This document shows, piece after piece, positions 53,390 through 64,000 of a DNA stretch of 64,000 nt. A program made the position numbers and the translations under genes. Source of the DNA: Eledone cirrhosa (lineage: Eukaryota); assembly GCA_964016885.1 (NCBI GenBank), contig OZ024740.1, positions 287,928,001 to 287,992,000 on the forward strand, written 5' to 3'. How positions within the stretch are numbered: position 1 is the first letter of the stretch; the number at the start of each line of letters is the position of its first letter. The notes below the pieces were generated by a model. It saw nothing but the letters and a program-made list of their open reading frames with translations. It was not told where the DNA came from and made no database searches.

Positions 53390-54470
53390 AAAAGTGAGCG
53401 GCATTGTGAAACCTAACCACTACAATTTTAAAGATGTCAACGCTAACTGAAATAGACAAGTGGAAATCACCTGAATATTAGTAAAGGGTAACTCGCATCA
53501 TGATGATTTGTGCTGGGCATCAAAATTCCACAATTATGACAGCTGCTCAATGCTCTTCGAACGCTGTGAAAGCAATAAGACATCAAATGAAGAGCTGCAA
53601 TGGAGACTACGAGGCCGTGGAATGAAAGAAAGAACAGAACACACGTTCTGATTGCTTCCGTCACAAGAATTTATCCAACAACTGCAGGAGAAAGTGATGG
53701 AACACCCAGGCAAGGGAATGCGAGCTTTAACACAAGAAATGGGTGTTGCAGCTTCCACCATGAATCTGGCCTTGAATGAGGATCTCCGCTGTAACTCATA
53801 CAAAAGGCGTAAAGTCTCGAGAAACCGTCTGACAAAGGCAAAGAAACTTGTGAACCAAGTGAAACATCCTGTTGAATCAAGGATAATCTGGTTCTTCTCT
53901 GATAAAAAGAAATTTTGTTAGGGCCAGATGCACAACATCTATAACAGATGACTTGCCTCTAATCCATATGACATTTCTCGTGCCATGAAGACAAAGTTCC
54001 CCCAAGTTGTAATGGTTTTTGTATGTGTCTCCAGTGAGGGTGACATCATGCCACCTCACGTCTTTGAATAGTGTCTCAGGCTCAATTCGGCTGGCAATGT
54101 GGAGTTGCTGATTACCGTGGTCAAGCCTTGGTTGGAGAGGGTGGCTTCTGGAAGACCATATGTGTAGCAGAAATATTCAGCTCCCTGCCACACCTTTGGG
54201 AGACTCAGAAATGGTTGTCAGAGAAATTTTAGGACTTCACCAGCCCCAACAATTGGCCCTCTAATTTCCCTGATTGCAATTTCATGGATTATTATGTGTG
54301 GGGCGCGATTGAGAAAGACACAAACTTCACTGCCTGTAACACCAAGACTCAGCTGATCGACAGGATTAAGGAGCCGTTTGAGCCTTTCCCTAGGGATACT
54401 GTGAAGGCCGCATGTGCCAAATTTCAGAGCCAGATCGAGGCCGAGTGTAGAAAAGTGACACACGAGTTGA
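53390..54470 (+). mobile_element. Decayed Tc1/mariner transposase, probably DD37D (maT-like)
   Basis: MRALTQEMGVAASTM, IWFFSDKKKF, SAPCH, WPSNFPDCNFMDYYVW; stops and frameshifts. Confidence 0.8.
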
Positions 54471-55189
54471 TATATATAAACAAATAGTAAAAATAAAAAA
54501 AATACAGTAGAAAATGCTGGAGGGATTTTTTCAGTATAATATCAAAACATTTATTTATAAAGAGGGTAATTCCGCATTTAATCGTGGTACCGGTTTCAGC
54601 ATTATATGCTTTTTCAACGGCGGAAGTGCAAAGTGCAGTTAAGTTGCATATTTATACGAATAATAATAAAATGGAGAAAGAAAATTATTAGTTTTTACAT
54701 ACATATTTAGAGAGGAAAGTTCATGTTTCTGTCCGAGGCTATCCTTCATTCTCTGTTAGTTGGTTAATAGAGGTGGTAGTAGTTTTAAATGTTTGGTTCT
54801 GACTACTACTTTGACTGGTAGAAGTGAGGGGAGAAGGGGAAGGAGAGGGAGAAGGAAGAGGAGAGGGAGAAGTGGGGGAGAGACGAAGAAGAAGACAGGG
54901 GATATGTGTGGTAGCAATCTGTTGTGGTGGTAGTCACTTTCAATAATGGCTACAAAGGCAAGCTGAACGTGGGATTGGCTTGAATGGTTGAATGACCTTA
55001 GAGTTGACTGGGGAAGTAATTGTTTCTAAAAATATCTATCTTGGTATTCCTATCTGAAATGCTGGCATTCTTAAATTGTTTTATCTCAGAAATAGTCAAC
55101 ATAGACTTCATAATTTTGCCACGAAAAAGATTCAGAATTACTGAAATACTAATTCTATACCTGCCTCCAGTTGATTGATTTTATACCTG

Positions 55190-57290
55190 CCTGTCTTGAT
55201 ACCACTTCCAACCCGACTGCGCATGTCAATCCTGTTCATGTAAATAATTGTTTCTACTTTTGGCACAAGGCCAGCAATTATCTCAGTGCATTACTGGTAC
55301 TTTATTTTATCAATCCCGTAAGGATGAAAGGCAAAGTTAACCTCGGCGGGATTTGAACTCAGAATAGCAAGGGCCGTAACTCTATGCATCAAAGCATGGC
55401 GTCCGACCCTCTACCGATACTGCCAATCCACCGCCCTGTTCATGTAAATAATGAACAGGAGAGGTGACAGTACACACCCTTGGCAGAGCCTCACTCTCAC
55501 ATTGAATGGCTTCGATTTAGCACCATTTCTCCGAACACAAACAGTTGGGCATTCGTATAGAGGCGTCAGGGCAGCAAGAAGCTGACCATCAATCCCATAC
55601 TCCTGCACAGCCACCCACAGCAGTTACCGAGGAACGCGGTCATATGCCTTCTCAAGGTCGACAAAACAAGAATATACTCTTTGGCAATACTCCTACGATT
55701 TCTCGAAGACCTGCCGCGGTGTGAATATCTGGTCGGCTGTGTTGCGTCCGGGGCAAAAGCCACCCTGTTCATCAGCTAGCTTGGACTCGACAAGCTCCCG
55801 GTATCTCTTTGCCAGACACTTAGCATAGACTTTACCGGACATGCTTAACAAGGAGATCCCTCTGTAATTGGATCAATCTCTCTTGTCTCCCTTTTTGAAA
55901 ATTAGGATTATCACTGCCGATTGCCATTGCTTTTATCACTCCTGATTTCAATTGCTTTTCCAGTTATCCAGGCCACCCGGCACACACGAGTCAGCAAGAG
56001 AATACCTTCTCTATTTAAGGCTTTTAACATCTCGGGGGTGTGGTGGAGAGTCATCTTCCCCAGCGGCTTTGCCACATTTGAGCTCTTTAACTGCACTTGT
56101 GACCTCATCCTCCGAGATTAGTTACCCCTCCCAGATGCACCTTGTGTACATGAGAAGATTCTGTTGTGTTTGGGTTTAGATCAGCAAAGTGTTCTTTCCA
56201 CCTCGCGAGGATGCACCTCTCTGAAGAGAGGTGAACCCCAGACGCGTTCTTAATAGCAGGCGTGGAGGAGGGCTTCTTATTTCGAAGTCGGTAGATGGTC
56301 TGCCAGAACACTTTATTTGCTGATCTGAAGTCAGATTCCAGCTTAATACCAAAGTCCTCCCATGTCTTAACTTTGGACACTTTTACTGTCTGTGCTGCGA
56401 TTTTTGTGCCTGCGAGGTACCGCATGTGCAAGAAGGAAGACTTATTCCCGGGCCAAGCCTTGTAAGCCTCTTTCTTTGCTCGGATGGCATCTTTGACTTC
56501 TTGATTGAAGCAAAGAGTCTTCCTGCCATCCAGCGTCACACCAAGCCTCTTTCACCCACAGCATTTAACAGCTGAAGCAGAAACTGTTGCGCTGAACAAT
56601 CTCCACTTTGTCTCCACGTGCTCAGGGGTTTGTCTGAATTAGGATGAAATAGTCTCTGCATACCTGGTCCTGACTTTCTTATCCACCAATATTTCCCATT
56701 TTATCCTGTAGGTCGCCCTGGACCTGCAAGTTTTGTGGGCTTCTTTGGCTTTAGGTGGTCTCAAGTTGTAGATAACTAGATGGTAATCAGTTGACAGCTC
56801 AGCCCCTCTCTTAACATGAACATTCAGCACAGAATTAAAGATATCAGAGACAATAACAAAATCAATTATTGATTTCTGTCCGATTCCCCTTATACCATGT
56901 ATATTTATGGATGTCTCTGTGCTGGAAGAAGGTGTTCCTAATAAAGAGTCCATTGGTAGAACAGAAGTCTAGCAAGGCTTCTCCATTCATATTTAGATTG
57001 GGGTCGCCATTCCTTCCAATCACTCCTTTCCATGTCAGTTCGTCAGTGCCAACATGTACATTGAAGTCTCCCATCAAGATATATGATTCAGTTTTAACTA
57101 CATTTAACGCTGCAGTGAGTTCATCAAGGAAGGACCTGTATTCGGACTCCTTGTTTAGTGCATAAACTTGCACCACCCACAGAGACCTAACTTTCAGCCC
57201 AATCTTCAAGAGGCAAATCCTCTTTCCTAATGGGATCCAGTCCATAACACATTCTGACAGCCGGAGGCTTATGAGTGTGCAGTAATTTCT
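55190..57290 (-). mobile_element. RTE-clade LINE (APE endonuclease and RT), decayed
   Basis: VVQVYA, ILMGDFNVHVG, NTFFQHRDIHKYTW, IDFVIVS, RGAELSTDYHLV, CQGCVLSPLLFIIYMNR. Confidence 0.9.
55243..55436 (-). mobile_element. tRNA-derived SINE inserted in the RTE element
   Basis: 18-bp TSD cctgttcatgtaaataat (55231-55248 / 55435-55452). Confidence 0.92.
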
Positions 57291-57582
57291 GGGGTCACAC
57301 ATAAGCTATATCGTGGCAAATTCTTTTTATTAATTATTCAAAAAACACACCATAAAATTCACCTCACTTTATTTCTTAGGGGTGATAAAAATTTCCCTCA
57401 CAAGTCATTGGCTAATCTGAGGTTATACTTCGGAGTCGTTCGTGTCAGGCAAGTGATGCCCGGGAGAGTTCTTTTTATCTACTTAAAAATACAAAAACTG
57501 TTAGCTTTACTTTACTGTATATCATTTTTTTTTCTCCACACTGTCCGCGATCTGATCACTGACACAGTTCCGTATATATATC

Positions 57583-57690
<108 letters not shown>

Positions 57691-59034
57691 CGTGCCTGTA
57701 TGTATGTATGTATGTATGTATGTATCATAATCACAAGAGTGTCAATTGGTGTTTTATCGCTTCTGTAAAAACCACTGTCTCATACCTCTTCCTCGCCACC
57801 ACCACGTTCCTCCCTCCTTCACCAGCTCTTCAGATGAAGTGTTTATTTATTCTAGGTGAGATAAGAGTGGTGATGAAAATCTTAGGGTTGGATATCCCCT
57901 GCCATCACCTACTTTAGCTTTTGACCCTGTCAGACAACCCTGTCATCACTGATTGGTCTACATTCAAATGAATAGAGATCTGTGTATAAACAACGCAGGG
58001 AGATGTTTGCGGTTGGTTGTGGTGTTTGTGGTGATGATTATTGTGACTGTTGCAGTTTGTTGTTGGTGATAGTGATGTTTTTCTTGTTTTGTTGTGGGAT
58101 GGTTGTAGTAATGGTGTTGATAAATTTGTGTTGTAGTTGTGAGAGTGATGGTCCATAACAGTTGTCACTGTTTGTTGTAGTGGTGATGTTATTGGTTTTC
58201 ACAGTTGTGGCGATTGTTGTGCTAGTATATAGTAGTAGACACTGGTGATAGTTGTGCTGGTATTCTTGTTATTGTTTAGCCTCAAGTAAATCCTGATCTA
58301 GCAGATGGATATCTATGTTCAAAGACATTCCATCTTGATTATCACAATACTTAAAGTTTTGTTGATTAAATTCATTTTTTCCTTTTGCTCTTCGTAGTTA
58401 TAGCTAGTAATTCTACAAATATTTATGTGGGGGAATCTAGTAATTTTATCAACCCACGGGAAATTCATAAACATCAATATTGACATATCCCGTGTGGCGG
58501 TAAATGTAGTATTCAGTTTATTTACTTTATAAACTTCATTTATGACATTAATCACCGCCATTATAAGTGCCGTGAGCTCGTTGGGACATCGTTGACAGCT
58601 GATAGAACTAACTTCAGGATCAATGGAACCTCTTCTGATCACTCGACCTGCTAAAAATAGTAACCAAATTTCTCATACGCCACACCCTACCGTCCTAAAT
58701 AAGCAAACGTGACAATAGATAATGAATTCTTAGAAGATGATTGCCACATCTAGACAACTACACTAACTAAACAACAACACCTCTTTTAGTTGTGTTGAGA
58801 AACTTCTAGATTACCCCACTGCACTTCTTCCCACATTTGAAAGTATCATATCAAGTATGCATAACGCCTCACGAAAAAGTATCAATATTAAAATTTGCTG
58901 CACTTTGATAAAATTACTAGATTACTCTACTTGAAAGTATTAACAACCGCCCACAACAGGAATTTACTTATCAATACCAAGAAAACTATTAATTTAATCA
59001 AAAAAAAACGTGCTTCGCGTGTTGTTGCGTGTTG

Positions 59035-59121
59035 CGCTTTGTTTTGCGCTTTGCTTCGCGCTTTGCTTCGCGCTTTGCTTCGCGCTTTGCTTCGCGCTTT
59101 GCTTCGCGCTTTGCTTCGAGC
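59035..59121. repeat. 12-bp minisatellite (~7 copies)
   Basis: (cgctttgcttcg)n. Confidence 0.9.
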
Positions 59122-59856
59122 GTTGTCCATTGTTGTGTGTTGGTACGCACTGTTGCTACGGATTGCTATGTGTTGTTACGCGTTGTTGAGTATTGTTGCA
59201 TGTTGCTATGTGTTTGCTGCGCTGAAGTGACGGATTAACCTAGTAGACAAAGTAGCAATTGCTAAGAACCTCGCATTTTCAGGGGAATCACGTTAAGTGC
59301 TTTATATTTTTATGTCACATTATAAAAAGTGCCCTTTATAGTATTTGCTATAGTACCCACAGTAACATAATTTAGTACTGCTGTAGCAGTAATTTGATAC
59401 TCTCCTCAATAGAGTTTCTTGCACACTATCAAGCGGCCACCAAAAAGCTGACCTTTGGTGACCTCACAGATAAGTTTCCATTGTGAATCGGTGAATATGC
59501 CTGAGATTTAAAACTAAGAAAAATTTATTTGACAGCATAACAGGAAGAAAACTAAAATATTTCGTAGATGACTATAAATTGGTCAAACATACAAATAAAG
59601 AAAGCTGCATTGGAAAGTGAGTGTCTTTCTTGAAGGTTTCGTAAGATAGGGGATCCCAGTTCATTTCACACCTATCTGAAGATTTTCATTTATGAGGTTT
59701 GATAAATAAATAATTTTCTATATAGATGATAAACACAACCAGAAGGATATGGTCCGAACGTGGAAGAGCCGAACTCCCACTATCATCTCCCCCATCTCTC
59801 TCGCCCTCCCTATCTCTTTGTATGGTGAGCAAATGGGGTCCCATGTGCTGGCCGCC

Positions 59857-60075
59857 TCACAGCTCCGGCGGACAGAATATGGAGAAGGCGTTTCCCCTGA
59901 GGATGGTAAGGCAGATGCACTGGAAGAGCCATTCCATCTCGCGAAGCTCACACCTGCGGCTGGCCAGCTCAGTGCCTACGGTGGTGAGTAGGGAGGTAGC
60001 CCTAGGGCCAAGGACACCAGATGTCTCCGCTGCCAAGGGCACGACCGCAAACCTGTCGGAAACAAACGGCCATCT
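59857..60075 (-). mobile_element. 3' fragment of a CRE-like non-LTR retrotransposon
   Basis: FAVVPLAAETSGVLGPRATSLL..E.EWLFQCICLTILRGNAFSI resembles the F.P.A.ET.G..G / Q......RGNA C-terminus of restriction-endonuclease LINEs. Confidence 0.65.
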
Positions 60076-60301
60076 GCTTGTTTTTTGTTGTTGTTGCGGA
60101 GATCGAGTGAGCGATAGTGATAAATAGTCCACAGTCTCACACAGACATCTTTAGGTCTCTAACTCTCTCTCTCGCTGTCAGGCCAACGACCATTATCGCA
60201 TTACAGTAAATAACATCTTTTGAATGATTGCACACACGAATACACCACAACTTAAGCCTGTTTTTGTTTTTTTACATTGTCAACGTAGCAGGTTATTAAG
60301 T

Positions 60302-60482
60302 TAATAGTTTCTACTTTTAGCACGAGGCCAGCAATTATCCCAGTGCATTACTGGAATAATTATTTTATCGACCCCGTAAGGATGAAAGGCAAAGTTAACC
60401 TCGACGGGATTTGAACTCAGACCGTAAAGGGACCTAACTATGCTGCAAAGCATGGCGTCCGACCCTCTACCGATACTGCCAA
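60302..60482 (-). mobile_element. tRNA-derived SINE
   Basis: Matches the reverse complement of 6854-7040. Confidence 0.9.
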
Positions 60483-61620
60483 TTATAAACATATTTAAGT
60501 AGCGATTTGGTTTTTATTTCATTACCTAAGTGATCAGAGTAAATCACTTATCCAAGGAATCATCACATCATCATCATCATAATGAACACTGTAACTCACT
60601 TGCGCACCAGCAATCTCTGGTCACACTGTATCAGGCACATCTATCTCCTTCGCTTACACTCTAGACAAACTTGACCATATCACAAAGCAATCCACAAGTG
60701 AACAACAGACCACAGTACCAACATCGCCAACACATCACTCACGCTAAATATAAAAATATACTACATGATTACACTGCTGTGCTATATTTACAACGACCCT
60801 CTTTTCAAGAATTTTATAACTGGATTATCGAGTATCTTTTCCGTTTTACGAATTGTATAACCTCTTTATTTTAAAAAATGTTTACATAGATCTAATTTTA
60901 CACGTTAACACTTTAGCATTTAAACTGGCCATGTCCTGTCAGAATTTTCTCACCTTTTTCTGTTCGAAATGGCTGTAACCGGCCGCTCATACTGATGTTA
61001 AAATAAAATAAATATTATCAAAATAATCTCAAAATAAATAATATCAAAATCTCATAGATTCGATATTATGTGAGATAATTTCCGTGAAAATACAATTGTA
61101 AATATAGAGTAATGTAAATGCTAAAGGATTAAACAGAAAAAAATCATCGCCCTTTTCTGATTTAAAACGATAGTATGTGATTTGAGAGACATTTGGCTTC
61201 GATTTCTCGAATATCATGATATCATGGTTAGACCTAATCAATTATGTTAAAATGCGTTTCATCCGAGCCCAAGGATTTAAGGGCGATTTGGCTGCTATTT
61301 TAAGCAGGTCATGTCAACACTAATATTCATTGTAGAGGTTCTTGAGGTAATGAGGAAAATGATAGTTGTGTTGGGAGGTTCTTTTTGTAGTTGCCAAAGC
61401 AGTGATGGTGGTTGGAATAGTTGCGGTGATAGTGGTGACGGTGGTTGTAGCGGTGGTGGTTGTGGTAACGGTGGTTGCAGTGGTGAAGGTGGTGGTAGTG
61501 GTGATGGTTGTGGTGACGGTGGTGGTGATAGTGGTTACGGTGGTTGTAGTGGTGGTGATAGTGGTGATGGTGGTTGAGATAGACACAGAGAAGGTAGACA
61601 GTGAACGTAGACACGGTAGA

Positions 61621-62324
61621 CGGAAGGTAGACACGGCGGAAGTGGACATAGGAAAGGTAGATACGGCGGAAGTGGACACAGGAAAGATAGATACGGCGGA
61701 AGTGGACATAGGAAAGGTAGATACGGCGGAAGTGGTCACAGGAAAGGTAGACACGGCGGAAGTGGACATAGGAAAAGTAGATACGGCGGAAGTGGACATA
61801 GGAAAAGTAGATACGGCGGAAGTGGACACAGGAAAGATAGACACGGCGGAAGTGGACATAGGAAAAGTAGATACGGCGGAAGTGGACACAGGAAAGGTAG
61901 ACACGGCGGAAGTGAACACAGGAAAGATAGATACGGTGGAAGTGGACATAGGAAAGGTACATACGGCGGAAGTGGTCACAGGAAAGGTAGACACGGCGGA
62001 AGTGGACATAGGAAAGGTAGATACGGCGGAAGTGGACACAGGAAAGATAGACACGGCGGAAGTGGACATAGGAAAAGTAGATACGGCGGAAGTGGACACA
62101 GGAAAGGTAGATACGGCGGAAGTGGACATAGGAAAGGTAGATACGGCGGAAGTGAACACAGGAAAGGTAGACACGGCGGAAGTGGACATAGGAAAGGTAG
62201 ACACGGCGGAAGTGGACATAGGAAAGGTAGATACGGCGGAAGTGGATATAGGACAGGTAGACACGGCGGAAGTGGACACAGGAAAGGTAGACACGGCGGA
62301 AGTGGACATAGGAAAGGTAGATAT
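61621..62324. repeat. 30-bp minisatellite, ~23 copies
   Basis: (ggaaaggtagaYacggcggaagtggacaYa)n with recurrent variant units. Confidence 0.95.
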
Positions 62325-63203
62325 ATTAGAAAGTAGACAGTAAATGTAGACAGGTTGTCCAGTGCAACACGATGGTTCCATGTTCTAAAATGTCAGCGAA
62401 AAAAATATAATTAAATAATTATAGTTGCATCTTTCCTAATTAGATGTCTGTTGTTATGGTTACTACGGCATAGAAGGTAACTGATGGTAATTGATGGTGT
62501 CTGCTGTTACTGCTGTAGCTGCTGTTGCTGGTGATGTTGAAATTAATAGCAGCTATTGCTGGTTGTTATGATGATGGTGGTGGCACTGATTGTGGCGGTG
62601 GTGATGGTGTTGGTAGTAGTAGTTATGGCAGCAGTGGTGGTGATTGCGATGACGACGACAACGACGACGATGACGACGATGATGATGATGATGATGGTGA
62701 TGATGTTGATGTTTGTAATGATAGTAGTGCCGGTGATAATGATGATGTTGATGATAGCTGAGGTTGGAATTAGTTGAACTGGTTGTAGTCATTGTGGTAA
62801 TGATGAGGATGATTCTGAATGTGGTTTGGAAGGTGTTGGTGCTTGTTGTGGTAATGTTGTGGTGTTATGGTTGTTGTATAACCTAAACCAGTCTTATCAA
62901 TCAAATTTGTTATCAATCCATTTAACCTATAATCACCTCGTTTGTTTTTCAGGCTGTGTGTCCAGGAATACAGTACACAATAAGTCCTTCACTTTTAAAA
63001 TACAGTGGGTTTACAATAGAGAGAAATTTGGTTGTTATTTCTTGCAGGTCTAATGATCACGTAAAGGTTCGTTGGTGGTTCGTTGGTGATGGTGATATAT
63101 TGTGACGGTTGTGTTGTTGATATAGCATAACTACAAGTCAACCCTTCGATAGATCCCTAGAGAGAGAGAGAAAGAGGAAGAGAGAAAGAGAAAGAGTGAG
63201 AGA

Positions 63204-63261
<58 letters not shown>

Positions 63262-63365
63262 GAGAGAGAGAAAGGGAGAGAGAAAGGTATATATATACAT
63301 ATATATATATTATTATAAATGTAAGCTATCGCCGTATTTTGACTAAAGAAATTAAAGAAATTATT

Positions 63366-63965
63366 TAGCCTGATAGTGGGGTTAAGAACCCTCGGAGAAA
63401 TGGAAAAAGATGAGTATTGACGTACATGGGAGAGAGAAAGGTATATATATATATATATATGGTTGTGGTAGTTCATGGTTTTGTAGTTGTGGTGGTGGTG
63501 GTAGTAGTAGTTGTGTTGGGTGGTTTTGTGGTTTTGCCGTTGTTGTAGTGGTTGTAGTAGTGTTGGTGGTGGTTGTAGTGGTGGTAGTGGTTGTAGTAGT
63601 GGTGGATCTTTTTGTTGTAGTTGTTGTGCTGGTGGTAGTAGTAGTAGTGGTGGTGATGGTTGTACTAGTGGTGGTGGTTGTAGTAGTGGTGGTGGTGATG
63701 GCTGTAGTAGTAGTGGTGGTGATGGTTGTAGTGGTGGCGGTAGTAGTAGTGGTGGATCTCTTTGTTGTAGTTGTATTGGTGGTAGTGGAAGATGGTTTTG
63801 TTACTGTGGTGGTGGTGTTACTGTTGTGGTTGTAGTAGTCTTACTGTTGTGGTTGTAGTGGTGTTACTGTTGTGGTATATATATATATACCTTTCTCTCT
63901 CCCATGTACGTCAATACTCATCTTTTTCCATTTCTCCGAGGGTTCTTAACCCCACTATCAGGCTA
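63366..63965. repeat. ~90-bp perfect inverted repeats flanking a (GTG/GTA/GTT)n tract
   Basis: 63366-63455 is the reverse complement of 63876-63965. Confidence 0.9.
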
Positions 63966-64000
63966 CGTGAGCTGTCAATCTACTGTGTGTAATATTTATA

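Noticed and set aside
54583-54622. Minus-strand HHR-like motif ttgaaaa-agcat/atgct-gaaa-ccgg-ta
   Set aside because: Two core substitutions and poor stem I; probably a dead PLE HHR, so not counted
63410-63858. Gly/Ser/Cys-rich or poly-Val ORFs (also 61311-61577, 62525-62792)
   Set aside because: Degenerate trinucleotide low-complexity DNA

Overview
AT-rich, microsatellite-dense eukaryotic DNA, most likely intergenic or intronic sequence from a cephalopod (Octopus-like); the organism is inferred from the SINE family and repeat landscape. I could not support any host protein-coding gene, and most ORF-track entries are translations of (TA)n/(CA)n/(CATA)n repeats. The window holds decayed transposons: RTE, CR1, R4/Dong and CRE-like LINEs, four Penelope-like element (PLE) remnants, Tc1/mariner, hAT and Mutator-like DNA elements, about 10 copies of a tRNA-derived SINE, and several minisatellites. 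The most notable feature is absent from the ORF track: about 20 type I hammerhead ribozyme (HHR) motifs of the form stem I-CUGANGA-stem II-GAAA-short, often palindromic stem III-UH. They sit in short non-coding elements inserted in (TA)n tracts. Many share one architecture: a 3' tail ending in (TA)n plus an inverted copy of the HHR-bearing segment, which in four cases puts HHRs on both strands. One has a 324-nt terminally redundant unit resembling a retrozyme or circular-RNA monomer. An R4/Dong-like element appears to target (CATA)n. All calls were made by eye, coordinates may be off by a few bases, and ribozyme activity is untested.
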